Part shown: positions 48,491 to 58,114 of the stretch, in pieces
Layout of the letters: the number at the start of each line of letters is the position of its first letter
How positions within the stretch are numbered: the first letter of the stretch is position 1
Translations under genes and position numbers: made by a program
Notes under the pieces: model-generated
Database searches by the model: none
Seen by the model: only the letters and a program-made list of their open reading frames with translations
Told to the model about the DNA's origin: nothing
From: Bacillota bacterium
GTDB taxonomy: Bacteria; Bacillota; Clostridia; UBA1381
Direction of reading: 5' to 3'
Length of the DNA: 64,000 nucleotides
NCBI GenBank assembly: GCA_029007725.1
Contig: JAQXIJ010000028.1
Location: 6,115-70,114 of the forward strand

Positions 48491-48621
48491 ATCAGCACCC
48501 CACAAAACCTTTTTACTGAAATTTGTATTGAAACTCAAAGAAAATATATCAAAAATCAAAGGTTTTTTTAGTAAATCCATTATACAATAAAATCAGAAAA
48601 AAATCAATAGGAGGAAAAACG

Positions 48622-49917
48622 ATGGACACATATATTGAAAAATCAAAGGAGCTTCCGGTAATTGCGGATATTGACGTACTTGTATGCGGCGCAGGCCCGG
48701 CAGGAATCGGCGCAGCAATTAGGGCGGCGCGTCTCGGAATGTCGGTAATGATAGTGGAAGCAATGGACTGCCTAGGCGGAGTCGCAACTGCCGGAATGAT
48801 GTCACACTGGACCGGCTACTCGTCAAGCCATCTTCTGTCCGAAATTTATGACCGCCATTACAAAAAATGCCAAATGCTCGGTTGGGCAAAAGAAAATAAC
48901 TGCGGCGAACACATTATCAACCAAGAGGTTTTAAAAATCGTTCTGGAGGAAGTTGCAGAGGAAGCCAAAATAAAGACGCTATACTATACTCTTGTATGCG
49001 ACGCTCTTGTTGCAGACGGCAGTATCTATGGCGTAATTATCCAAAACAAGAGCGGCAGAAGCATAATAAAAGCAAAACGCATAATTGATGCTACAGGTGA
49101 TGGCGATGTTGCGGCTTCTGCCGGCGTTCCGTTCTTCAAAGGACGTGAAACCGATGGCAAAATGCAGCCGTGTACGATAATGTTCAAGGTCGGCGGAGTT
49201 GATTATGAAAGAGCGGTTTTTCCAGAGTCGTTTGAAACAACGGTTCAAACGGAAAAGGGTGAGCTTCAGGCGCTTGCAAAGGAGATTTTGCCGTTCCCGG
49301 CAGGACACGTGCTGTTATATCCGCAGACTACCCCTGGTACCGTTTGCTGCAATATGACAAACTGCATAAACATAGATGGCACCGACGGCGAAAGCCTGTC
49401 AAAGGGGATTCATGTATGCCGCTCGCAGATTGAGCCCATCGTAAGCTTTTTGCGCAAGTACGCACCCGGCTACGAAAACTGCTGGCTGATGAGCTCTGCA
49501 AATCTTCTGGGGCTTAGAGAAACGCGGCATTTTGAGGGGCAAAAGTCTCTGTCTGCCGAAGACATTCTTGAAGCAAAAGTACACAGTGACTGGGTTGTTC
49601 GGCGTGCTTTCTTCAATTTTGACGTACACAACATGAGCGGGGCAAGCCTTGACACAACCGGTATACAGAAAAAATGGAAGCAAAATGAACCATACACTAT
49701 TCCATACGGATGTCTGCTGCCAAAAAATATAGAAGGTCTGCTTCTTTCGGGCAGAAATATAAGCGGAAGCCATCTTGCACATTCCAACTTCCGCGTCATG
49801 CCGATAGCTATGGCAGTCGGCGAAGCAGCCGGAACTGCCGCGGCTCTTTCTATAAAGGAAAATCGCCTGCTGCGCAATGTTGACACGGCTGAAATTCAGA
49901 AAATTGTCGGCGAATAA
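48622..49917 (+). CDS. FAD-dependent oxidoreductase
   Basis: N-terminal dinucleotide-binding motif DVLVCGAGPAGIGAA, with a strong RBS AGGAGG. The substrate is not inferable. Confidence 0.8.
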   Translation: MDTYIEKSKELPVIADIDVLVCGAGPAGIGAAIRAARLGMSVMIVEAMDCLGGVATAGMMSHWTGYSSSHLLSEIYDRHYKKCQMLGWAKENNCGEHIINQEVLKIVLEEVAEEAKIKTLYYTLVCDALVADGSIYGVIIQNKSGRSIIKAKRIIDATGDGDVAASAGVPFFKGRETDGKMQPCTIMFKVGGVDYERAVFPESFETTVQTEKGELQALAKEILPFPAGHVLLYPQTTPGTVCCNMTNCINIDGTDGESLSKGIHVCRSQIEPIVSFLRKYAPGYENCWLMSSANLLGLRETRHFEGQKSLSAEDILEAKVHSDWVVRRAFFNFDVHNMSGASLDTTGIQKKWKQNEPYTIPYGCLLPKNIEGLLLSGRNISGSHLAHSNFRVMPIAMAVGEAAGTAAALSIKENRLLRNVDTAEIQKIVGE

Positions 49918-50160
49918 CTAATATAAAAACGGCACTTTAGGAGCGGCTGAAGCAGATTCTGGAGCACCGTTTTTTTGAAATTTGCACTGAATCATGATAC
50001 AAGAATTTCGGCACAGCCTTCCGCTGAGCGAGAATATGCCACAAAATATGTTGGATACCCATATAACGTAGCTATATATTCCACTATTATGAGCGATGAA
50101 GCCGATAACGGCGAATTTATGTATATAAAACGAATTTTATTGATTTTTTTCATAAATCTG

Positions 50161-50189
50161 TTGACAAATTCATTAAAATATGGTATTGT
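50161..50189 (+). promoter_or_regulatory. Promoter of the solitary tRNA-Leu gene
   Basis: TTGACA (50161-50166), 17-nt spacer, TATTGT (50184-50189). It lies 19 nt upstream of the tRNA 5' end. Confidence 0.55.
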
Positions 50190-50207
50190 AAAAAAGCAGT
50201 TTAAAAT

Positions 50208-50294
50208 GCCGATGTGGTGGAATTGGCAGACGCGCGGGACTCAAAATCCCGTGGTAGCGATACCGTGTGGGTTCGACCCCCACCATCGGCACCA
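50208..50294 (+). tRNA. tRNA-Leu (anticodon CAA), class II, with encoded CCA
   Basis: Acceptor stem GCCGATG/CATCGGC, D-loop AATTGGCAGA, anticodon stem CGGGA/TCCCG with loop CUCAAAA, long variable arm, T-arm GTGGG-TTCGACC-CCCAC, then A-CCA. Confidence 0.95.
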
Positions 50295-50304
50295 GACGTA
50301 TTTT

Positions 50305-50345
50305 CCGCATAAATGCTTGAAATTGTAGTGTTTATGCGGTTTTTC
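50305..50345 (+). terminator. Rho-independent terminator after tRNA-Leu
   Basis: CCGCATAAA / TTTATGCGG stem followed by TTTTT. Confidence 0.75.
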
Positions 50346-50504
50346 TTTACTTTTTATGTTTGTTGTTTTGCAGCATTTTAAAGCGTTTTAATATGTTTTT
50401 GTTGTCAAACTGTTGTCACCAAAAAAGCAGATAGATTCAAACGAATCCCACTGCCTTTATTCTTATTTTTTTCGAAAATACAATACCATGTCTTATAGTT
50501 TGTG

Positions 50505-51878
50505 TTATTGGACTCGGAAATTGGCTCTTTTGCGCCATCTTCCAGACAAATAAAACACGATGAATGCTATGCTCCGTACTGTCCAGTCGATTATCATTGC
50601 AAAATACACTCCGGCAGTTTTCAAACCGAAATTATACGCAAGAATATAGCTGAACGCAATTCTGAATACAAGCATGGACAAAACCGACACAGTCATTGTG
50701 TATGTCACGTTGTTCGACGCGCGCAGGGCATTCGGAAAGGAAAATGACACCGGCCATATTAATATTGCAAAGCAGGCGTGTATCATGGTCAACTCATATG
50801 CAAGCGATGCCGTTTCGCCCGAAATATTGTACATTTTAAGCAACAGCGGCAGCGACGCAGCAAGCATTACATTTATCGCACCGTTATAAATATATGCCTT
50901 TTTCAAGGTCCATTTTACAAAAAATCTTGTTTGTTCCTCGCTTCCCGCACCGACACACTGCCCCACAACTGTAAGCATCGCAAGCCCCATGGCACTTCCC
51001 GGAATACATGCAATTGAACAAAAATTTACCGCAACGGCATTTGCCGCAACGTGCATGGTTCCGAATGACGAAATTATTCCGCCGGTTATAAGCTTTCCGA
51101 ACTGAAACAGGCTGTTTTCAAATGCCGACGGTATGCCGATATGAAGTATTTTCTTCAAAATTCTCCCGTTAAATCTCAACCTTTGCTTAAAATTTATAAA
51201 AAGCATTCGCGATTTATCAGATATAAGCAATGTGATTACCACTGCACCGAGTATTCGCGAAAACAACGTTGAAATTGCTGCTCCCGCAACTCCCATGCGG
51301 AAAACATATATAAGTACGGCATTTCCTGTAATATTTACAAGATTTACCATAAGCGACAAAAACATTGGCACCTTTGAATTTCCCATAGATCGAAACAGCG
51401 CCGCACAGCCATTGAATACGCCTAAAAAAACAAAGGATATCGCCGTGATTGTAAAATATGTCATTGCGCTTGCTAAAACGTCATCCTCAATTTTTCCGAA
51501 AAATCGCATAAATATTGCTTTACGCAGCGGCATACAAAATGCGGTCATGGCAAGCGAAAAAATCGCAACGAATACATACAGCTGATGTGCCGACATACAA
51601 GCACGTTTTTTATCCCCTGCACCGATAAATTGCGAACAAATCACCGCGCCGCCTGTTCCCAGAGCTGCAAAAAGCCCTATAAACAGCTGGTTTATCATAT
51701 CCACCAGCGAAACACCCGACATGGCAGCCTCTCCCACCGATGAAATCATTATCGTGTCGAACATTCCTACTGAAACTGCCAGAGTCTGCTCTATAATCAG
51801 CGGAATTATAAGTTTGCTCATAGACTGATTTGTAAATATGTAGTTGTACGGTATCTTTTTTCTAAAAAAAACAGGCAT
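50505..51878 (-). CDS. MATE family efflux transporter
   Basis: 457 aa with 12 TM helices. ...LIIPLIIEQTLAVSVGMFDTIMISSVGEAAMSGVSLV... is a MatE repeat signature. Confidence 0.85.
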   Translation of the reverse strand: MPVFFRKKIPYNYIFTNQSMSKLIIPLIIEQTLAVSVGMFDTIMISSVGEAAMSGVSLVDMINQLFIGLFAALGTGGAVICSQFIGAGDKKRACMSAHQLYVFVAIFSLAMTAFCMPLRKAIFMRFFGKIEDDVLASAMTYFTITAISFVFLGVFNGCAALFRSMGNSKVPMFLSLMVNLVNITGNAVLIYVFRMGVAGAAISTLFSRILGAVVITLLISDKSRMLFINFKQRLRFNGRILKKILHIGIPSAFENSLFQFGKLITGGIISSFGTMHVAANAVAVNFCSIACIPGSAMGLAMLTVVGQCVGAGSEEQTRFFVKWTLKKAYIYNGAINVMLAASLPLLLKMYNISGETASLAYELTMIHACFAILIWPVSFSFPNALRASNNVTYTMTVSVLSMLVFRIAFSYILAYNFGLKTAGVYFAMIIDWTVRSIAFIVFYLSGRWRKRANFRVQ

Positions 51879-52134
51879 TTCAATCCCTCCACACAGCTTC
51901 TTATTATATCACCTAAATATACATTTTACAACAAATTTTTCCAATGTGAATATAATTCTTTATTTAAAAACAAAATTTTCTAAAAAAATTAGAAAAATTA
52001 TGCAACATTTTTGCACGCTCAAAAGTATTATATATGAAATCAATAAAAGCGGCATAACCTGTCCTCCGGTGAGTATTATAGTATGTAGCTGTCAGCATCT
52101 TATGGATACAAAAAATTACGGAGGAATTTGAGTT

Positions 52135-52548
52135 ATGAATTTCAGAAAAAAATTGATTTTGAACAGTGTTCTGACATTTGCGCTTGCCGCACTGTGCATC
52201 TTGACCGGCAGAGAAAGTCCACTTCTTTTCGGCATGGGCATTGCGACGGCTGCAGTCGGCACAATAAGCAGCATACGACTTGCATATGTTTTGTCAAGCC
52301 ACACAAGGTTTTGCGCATACAGGCAAAAATGCCTTGCCGCCAAAAGTTCCTATGCCGTGCAAAAGAGCTATTCTGCTGCAATGCGCATTTCGGTCTGGGC
52401 GGAATTTTGCGCAATGTACATACTGCTTTATCTTGGCTGCAGCATAAGTGCCGTCGTTCTGTCCTACGTGATATGTGGTCAGATGTTAATTTATTCGCTG
52501 TTATTAATAATATATTCGCATATATTAAAAAAATTTTCTGATAAATAG
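52135..52548 (+). CDS. Small hypothetical membrane protein (137 aa, about 4 TM)
   Basis: RBS GGAGGA lies 8 nt upstream. Four hydrophobic segments. No recognisable family. Confidence 0.6.
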   Translation: MNFRKKLILNSVLTFALAALCILTGRESPLLFGMGIATAAVGTISSIRLAYVLSSHTRFCAYRQKCLAAKSSYAVQKSYSAAMRISVWAEFCAMYILLYLGCSISAVVLSYVICGQMLIYSLLLIIYSHILKKFSDK

Positions 52549-52699
52549 ACATACAATTGCGGTAACATCAAAAGGCGAACAATTCGCATTGACAGTTTTT
52601 TTGATAACGGATATAATTATGGTAATAGGAATGTATGGCAACACAAATCTAAGAACAAAACACCAAACAGGATTAACACAATTAAGGAGATGCAATTTC

Positions 52700-54832
52700 A
52701 TGAAAAAATTAGTATGCTTTCTTCTTGCGGGAGCAATGGCATCGACAAGCGTATGTGCGTTTGCCGAAGCACCTACAATTTCGGCGATGCCTGTAATTAG
52801 CGACTCGAACTCAAAGGCGCTTTCGCTTGAGAGTGCGCTTGCAAAGGTTAAGTCAAAGATCGACATTCCGTCAGAATTTTCAGACTTTAACAGCAACACC
52901 AATAAACACGGGAACACTGTAAGCTACAGCTTCAATTGGAGTACACAGGACGGTGAAAAAGCAATAGGCATAAGCTGCGACGGGCATGGCAGAATCGAGT
53001 CATACTGGAGATATGAAAACTCCGATGACAAAAGCGCGAGACTCGGAAATGTCGATAAAGAAACTGCTCTTAACTATGCCGAAAGCTTTCTGCTTAAAGC
53101 ACTGCCAGAGGTATTCATATCTGAAAATGACAAGCCGGTATATAACCCATTGAGCTATTACGGATATATGAGCGGACAAGGCACCTCATACAGTTTCAGC
53201 TTTGTCCGCCAAAAAGACGGTGTTGAAGTTTCATCAAACTCTGTATACATGAGCCTTAAAATTTCCGGAGATTCATTATATGTTGAAAACCTGAATGTCG
53301 ACTATGACTATGACGCAAAATTTGAAGAGCCAGGAGTACTGCTCGAAAATCCGGAACATAAATATAAAGAAGTATTCCCTCTCGAGCTGGTTTATGAAAC
53401 GGAATACGATCATGATTTTGTGCCGCTTGATGCAAGAACAAAGGATGACAAAAATGAAACAAAAACCGTGCTGAAATATCGCATTAACAATCCGAATTTT
53501 GAATATATTTCGGCGTATACAGGCGAAAAGGTAAGTGAAAGAGCCGATATGAGTGCGTTTAAAGAAAAAGGCATGAGTGCAAAATCTTTGGCAGAAGGCG
53601 GAAATGGAGGAGATTTTGCACCTGTATTCACGCCGGAAGAACTGAAAGAAATTCAAAGTGTGGCGAACTTGAAATCAGCGTCACAAATCGAGACGTCATT
53701 AAGAAAGCTACCAAACCTTAAAATGCAGAATATGAAGCTTGATTCATCAAATATATATAAAAAAGGTGACAGCGACGACGATTATACAATTTCATTGTCT
53801 TTCATAAACCCCGACAGCGATACATACGATGGTATGTATGTACAGACAAATGCAAAAACGGGAGAAATTACGTCAATCAGCAAGTCATGCCGTTATGATA
53901 ACAAAATCGAAAAACTAAGCGAATCGAAGCTTATGCTTGCAAAATCAAAGGCAGACGAATTTATAAAAGCAGCAGCTCCCGACAAGGCAGTGGAGTATGA
54001 AATGACCTATTCCTCCGACAACAGCGGCGTTGTGTACATAACCTATACAAGAGTGGTAAACGGTATAAAGTATAATGATGATACTCTTAGCATTGACTAC
54101 AATACAAACGACGGCTCAATATGCAACTACTACATCAACTATACAAAGGACGCCGTTTTTGCGGATGCAAAAAATGTTGTCAGCGCAGAGGATGCGTATG
54201 CCGAGCTTTTAAAAGTCTCTCCGCTTAACAAGATATACATCAGAACAGAGGACGGAATATATAAGCTTTGCTTGGCGGCAAACTACAACAGCTACACAGA
54301 CATTGATGCACTCACGGGAAAGCCGTTCGACTATGCCGCCGACAAAACTGGCGAATACAGCGACATAAGCGGTCACTGGTGCGAATCAACCGTTAAAAAG
54401 CTTGCCGATGTAGGAGTTGCTCTTCCGGGTGACAAATTTAATCCCGACGATGCAATCACCGGCAAGGACTTGTGGAATCTTTTCGACTCGGCACTCGGAA
54501 ATTATCAATACTATAAAATCATAAACGATACTCTAGTATGCGACTCAATTAACTCTATTCCGGACAGTGCAAAGGACGCTCCGGTTACAAGAGAAGATGC
54601 CTGTGTCTACCTCGCTTCTATGACAGGCTACAGCAAAATTGCAAAGCATTACGACATCTTCCGAGCAAACTTTGCCGACAGTGACCAAATTGCGCCCGAA
54701 AAAATCGGCTATGCCGCAATTATGTCAGCGCTCGGCGCGGTAAACGGCAGCGGCGGTATTCTTCGTCCAAAGGACAGCATTACCCGTGCTGAAGCAGCCG
54801 TTATGCTCTACAATTATCTGGTAAACAACTGA
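52700..54832 (+). CDS. Secreted cell-surface protein with repeated YcdB/PepSY-like modules and C-terminal SLH domains
   Basis: RBS AAGGAGA plus signal peptide MKKLVCFLLAGAMASTSVCAFA. The C-terminal ~180 aa hold three SLH-like repeats (...DISGHWCESTVKKLADVGV..., ...VTREDACVYLA..., ...ITRAEAAVMLYNYL). Confidence 0.8.
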   Translation: MKKLVCFLLAGAMASTSVCAFAEAPTISAMPVISDSNSKALSLESALAKVKSKIDIPSEFSDFNSNTNKHGNTVSYSFNWSTQDGEKAIGISCDGHGRIESYWRYENSDDKSARLGNVDKETALNYAESFLLKALPEVFISENDKPVYNPLSYYGYMSGQGTSYSFSFVRQKDGVEVSSNSVYMSLKISGDSLYVENLNVDYDYDAKFEEPGVLLENPEHKYKEVFPLELVYETEYDHDFVPLDARTKDDKNETKTVLKYRINNPNFEYISAYTGEKVSERADMSAFKEKGMSAKSLAEGGNGGDFAPVFTPEELKEIQSVANLKSASQIETSLRKLPNLKMQNMKLDSSNIYKKGDSDDDYTISLSFINPDSDTYDGMYVQTNAKTGEITSISKSCRYDNKIEKLSESKLMLAKSKADEFIKAAAPDKAVEYEMTYSSDNSGVVYITYTRVVNGIKYNDDTLSIDYNTNDGSICNYYINYTKDAVFADAKNVVSAEDAYAELLKVSPLNKIYIRTEDGIYKLCLAANYNSYTDIDALTGKPFDYAADKTGEYSDISGHWCESTVKKLADVGVALPGDKFNPDDAITGKDLWNLFDSALGNYQYYKIINDTLVCDSINSIPDSAKDAPVTREDACVYLASMTGYSKIAKHYDIFRANFADSDQIAPEKIGYAAIMSALGAVNGSGGILRPKDSITRAEAAVMLYNYLVNN

Positions 54833-54878
54833 TTTAAAACATCCAATTAATAAAAACAGCCGCACGGGGGCTCAAACC

Positions 54879-55422
54879 TGAACAGAACCGGACAATAGAA
54901 AAAATCCTCCTATGGTAGAATAATATAACCTATCATAGGAGGATTTTTTAAGACCATATCAATCAGTATGAAAAAGAGATAGTAGAGTTAAAAACGCAAG
55001 GTTTAACATACGGGAGATTGGAGAAAAGCCGTATTTAAGTCGGGAACAGGTAAAAGAATTTTTTAAACTAAAAGAAAAATGAAAGAAAGTTTGCGGCGGA
55101 AATAGCATTGAAACGAAAGTGACAACTGCCGAAAGACCAAATCAATATTTCATATATAAAAACAAACCAAGGAGCGTTGTACTTAATGATAATGCTGTAT
55201 CTGAAAACTTCTTTTCGATTTCCAAGACATAAATATTTATCGTACCAAGCTTGAGGCTTATATTCATAGATGAATATATATATCCATTTTTACAATAACG
55301 AAAGAATTCAACTAAAAACAAAACTGACTCCGCCCTAAAACGAAGTCAGTATGCTACTTAAAATTTAATATCGACTGCCATAGTGGCTTTTGTACTGTAT
55401 GCATAAACCTATGGGCAGTTAA
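54879..55422 (+). mobile_element. Highly decayed IS3-family insertion sequence (terminal repeats retained, transposase reduced to fragments)
   Basis: Ends TGAACAGAACCGG... and ...GGGCAGTTAA. Internal frames broken by stops read ...LTYREIGEKPYLSREQVKEFFK (OrfA HTH), ...ISYIKTNQGALYL (start of the DDE core) and ...YIHFYNNERIQLKTKLTP (the IS3/IS150 C-terminal signature). Confidence 0.7.
54904..54949 (+). terminator. Rho-independent terminator after the SLH protein gene (formed by the left-end hairpin of the IS remnant)
   Basis: ATCCTCCTATGGTAG-aataatataac-CTATCATAGGAGGAT followed by TTTTTT. Confidence 0.8.
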
Positions 55423-55451
55423 TTTTATGAGCGAGTTTTTTATTGTTATCA

Positions 55452-57053
55452 TTAGTTATCTTTATAAAGTGCTGCGCCAACAAATCCGACAAAAAGCGGA
55501 TGAGCTTTGTTAGGTCTTGACTTAAATTCCGGATGGAACTGAACGCCGACAAAGAAGTCATTGTCGGGAATTTCGACCGTTTCGACGATTCTGCCGTCGG
55601 GTGAAGTGCCGCTTAAAACAAGACCGTTGTTCTGCATGATTTCGCGGTATTCGTTATTAAATTCGTAGCGGTGTCGGTGACGTTCCGAGATCAGCGTGCT
55701 GTCATAGCAGCGGAACATTTGTGTTCCTTCGGCAACTTTGCACGGATATGCACCCAGGCGGAGTGTGCCGCCTTTTGCGATTTCATCGTTTTGGTCAGGC
55801 ATAAAATCTATAACCTTGTTTATGTTGTCCGGATCAAATTCGCCGGAGTTTGCGCCGGTAAGTCCGCATACATTTCTCGCAAATTCAATAACTGCAATCT
55901 GCATTCCGAGACATATACCAAGGTACGGGATATTATTTTCACGCGCGTATTGGGCAGAAGCAATCATACCCTCGATTCCTCTGCTGCCGAAACCGCCCGG
56001 AACAAGTATGCCGCTGCAGCTGCCGAGAATTTGTCCTACATTTTCTTTTGTGATAAGCTCGGAGTCAATCCATTCGATTTCTATCTTTGAATTAAACTGG
56101 TAGCCTGCATGGCGCAATGCCTCAGCAACAGACAGATATGCATCATGCAGCTGAACATACTTCCCTACAAGGGCGATTTTTACACTTTTGTCCCTGGACG
56201 CAATGTGCGCAAGCATATCGTTCCAGCCCTTCATGTCGGGCTCTTTTGATTTTATGCCCAGCTCACGGCATACGATTTTCGAAAAATTATTCTTCTCAAG
56301 CATGAGAGGCGCTTCGTAAAGAACCGGTATTGTCATGTTTTCAATAACGCAGTCGGGTTTTACATTACAGAACAGCGCAATTTTTCTGAAGATTGATTCT
56401 TCAAGCGGTTCGTCGCAGCGCAAAACGATGATGTCAGGCTTTATGCCCATGCCCTGAAGCTCTTTTACCGAGTGCTGAGTAGGTTTTGACTTGTGTTCTT
56501 CCGAGCCATGCAGATACGGAACTAGCGTTACGTGAATATACAAGGAGTTTTCGGTACCGACTTCAAGACCTACCTGACGGATCGCTTCAAGGAACGGCTG
56601 GCTTTCAATATCGCCGGTGGTGCCGCCTATTTCGGTGATTACAACGTCCGCATTTGTCTTTTTTCCGACAGAATATATAAATGTTTTGATTTCGTTTGTG
56701 ATGTGAGGAATAACTTGTACTGTTTCACCTAGATACTCTCCGTTTCGTTCCTTGTTAAGAACATTCCAGTACACCTTTCCCGTAGTGAGATTAGAAAATT
56801 TATTAAGATCCTCGTCAATAAAACGCTCATAATGACCGAGGTCAAGATCTGTTTCCGCTCCGTCCTCAGTTACGAAAACCTCGCCGTGCTGATATGGGCT
56901 CATTGTTCCGGGGTCGACGTTTATATACGGGTCAAGCTTCTGAGCCGCGACCTTAAGCCCTCTTGCTTTTAATAATCTTCCGAGCGATGCTGCTGTTATG
57001 CCCTTGCCAAGACCTGACACAACGCCGCCTGTAACAAAAATATATTTTGTCAT
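55452..57053 (-). CDS. pyrG: CTP synthase
   Basis: [19 protein letters not shown]..., with a glutaminase domain carrying GICLGMQ and HRHRYE. Confidence 0.97.
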   Translation of the reverse strand: MTKYIFVTGGVVSGLGKGITAASLGRLLKARGLKVAAQKLDPYINVDPGTMSPYQHGEVFVTEDGAETDLDLGHYERFIDEDLNKFSNLTTGKVYWNVLNKERNGEYLGETVQVIPHITNEIKTFIYSVGKKTNADVVITEIGGTTGDIESQPFLEAIRQVGLEVGTENSLYIHVTLVPYLHGSEEHKSKPTQHSVKELQGMGIKPDIIVLRCDEPLEESIFRKIALFCNVKPDCVIENMTIPVLYEAPLMLEKNNFSKIVCRELGIKSKEPDMKGWNDMLAHIASRDKSVKIALVGKYVQLHDAYLSVAEALRHAGYQFNSKIEIEWIDSELITKENVGQILGSCSGILVPGGFGSRGIEGMIASAQYARENNIPYLGICLGMQIAVIEFARNVCGLTGANSGEFDPDNINKVIDFMPDQNDEIAKGGTLRLGAYPCKVAEGTQMFRCYDSTLISERHRHRYEFNNEYREIMQNNGLVLSGTSPDGRIVETVEIPDNDFFVGVQFHPEFKSRPNKAHPLFVGFVGAALYKDN

Positions 57054-57157
57054 TGCTACTTATAACTCCTTCATCGATATTTACACAAAAAAGCACCTCC
57101 AGGCGCGGTGAGCTTCGTGCCGAAAGCGCGAATGCCGAAACCTGCCTGACGGCCACT

Positions 57158-57195
57158 AAAAAAAACGGGCACTCATCGAACCATAATGAACGCCC
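57158..57195 (-). terminator. Leader attenuator terminator upstream of pyrG
   Basis: Minus-strand GGGCGUUCAU-uaugguucg-AUGAGUGCCC (10 bp including 2 G-U pairs), followed by GUUUUUUUU. It begins about 5 nt after the predicted transcription start. Confidence 0.7.
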
Positions 57196-57206
57196 TTGAC
57201 CTTTAT

Positions 57207-57235
57207 ATTATACCATCTTATAAATTGTGTGTCAA
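57207..57235 (-). promoter_or_regulatory. Sigma-70-type promoter of pyrG
   Basis: On the minus strand: TTGACA (57235-57230), 17-nt spacer, TATAAT (57212-57207). Confidence 0.7.
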
Positions 57236-57249
57236 TAATTTATTGACGA

Positions 57250-57726
57250 TTAAGAAAATATTTTGTATTTTTTTAACACCGAACCGAGCAGAGCACCAAA
57301 AATTCCGCAAGAAATTATTTCTCCTATGCCGACAGTCATCATAAAATACGGAATTGTGCCCTGTATGTGATATGCATATGCGAGCACGAACGGAATGATA
57401 AGCGTATTTGAAATAATCGGTGGAATAAGTGACAGATAGATGTTTTTGCGCAGTGTACGTGTACAAAACGCGCCGATTAGTGTTGCAAGACTACCAAAAA
57501 TCACGTCGGTCATAATTCCGCCGGTCAGAAAGTTAGAAAGCAAGCAACCTGCAAACAGTCCCCAGACTGCCGCGGGCATGAAACAGGGCAGAACGCACAG
57601 TGCCTCAGAAAGGCGCACCTGAACGGCGCCGCTCGACATTCCGAACGCTGCGGAAACGTAGGTCAGCACGACATACAGCGCTGCTGTCATTGCACCCTGA
57701 GAGATTTTTTTTGCGGTAGTATTCAT
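57250..57726 (-). CDS. queT: Queuosine-precursor transporter QueT (ECF S component)
   Basis: 158 aa. ...AMTAALYVVLTYVSAAFGMSSGAVQVRLSEAL..LP... is typical of the QueT family. A preQ1 riboswitch lies immediately upstream. Confidence 0.8.
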   Translation of the reverse strand: MNTTAKKISQGAMTAALYVVLTYVSAAFGMSSGAVQVRLSEALCVLPCFMPAAVWGLFAGCLLSNFLTGGIMTDVIFGSLATLIGAFCTRTLRKNIYLSLIPPIISNTLIIPFVLAYAYHIQGTIPYFMMTVGIGEIISCGIFGALLGSVLKKYKIFS

Positions 57727-57735
57727 CTTTAATTT

Positions 57736-57779
57736 CTCCTTTAGTTTTGTTTTAAGTGAGGAAGGTCACGAACTCACTG
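57736..57779 (-). ncRNA. preQ1-I riboswitch (translational, sequestering the queT Shine-Dalgarno)
   Basis: Minus-strand RNA AGUGAG-UUCGUGACCUUC-CUCACU-UAAAACAAAACUAAAGGAG. It has a 6-bp P1 stem, a 12-nt loop starting UUC and an A-rich tail ending ACUAAAGGAG. This matches the B. subtilis queC and Thermoanaerobacter preQ1-I layouts. Confidence 0.75.
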
Positions 57780-57785
57780 AAATGT

Positions 57786-57814
57786 ATTATAACGCAAACT
57801 GTGCGTACAGTCAA
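57786..57814 (-). promoter_or_regulatory. Sigma-70-type promoter of the preQ1-queT unit
   Basis: On the minus strand: TTGACT (57814-57809), 17-nt spacer, TATAAT (57791-57786). Confidence 0.7.
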
Positions 57815-58114
57815 CCGTGGAGTTGAAAAATAAAATACTAAGCCTGTCAAAGCCTGCCGAAAAGACGTCAGACAGAAGCAGAATATGTTGCAGGTTGTAC
57901 GGAAGTTAAGCGATCAAAATCCGGAATAAAACTTCTATTTGAGTAATGCTATACAAATTAGCCGGAATTTTATTATATTTCAAGCTTTGTGATTGTTTCT
58001 GATCGATGGGCCGTCTGTCTTACCAATGTCATAGACGAGCTCGTATCGAGCAGCTTTAAATTCTTTTTTAAAGGTCTGCGGTTTATAAACGTGCTGTGCA
58101 TTTTTGAAAAAATG

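Noticed and set aside
49975-50328. 117-codon ORF spanning the tRNA-Leu gene.
   Set aside because: It reads straight through a well-folded tRNA and its promoter and terminator. This is an artefactual ORF.
57815-58114. 300-bp ORF-free spacer between the queT promoter and the bioY 3' end. A minus-strand frame reads KKEFKAARYELVYDIGKTDGPSIRNNHKA*, suggestive of a gene fragment.
   Set aside because: The peptide is too short, I cannot place it in a family, and it has no start or RBS. It is possibly a relic but cannot be supported.
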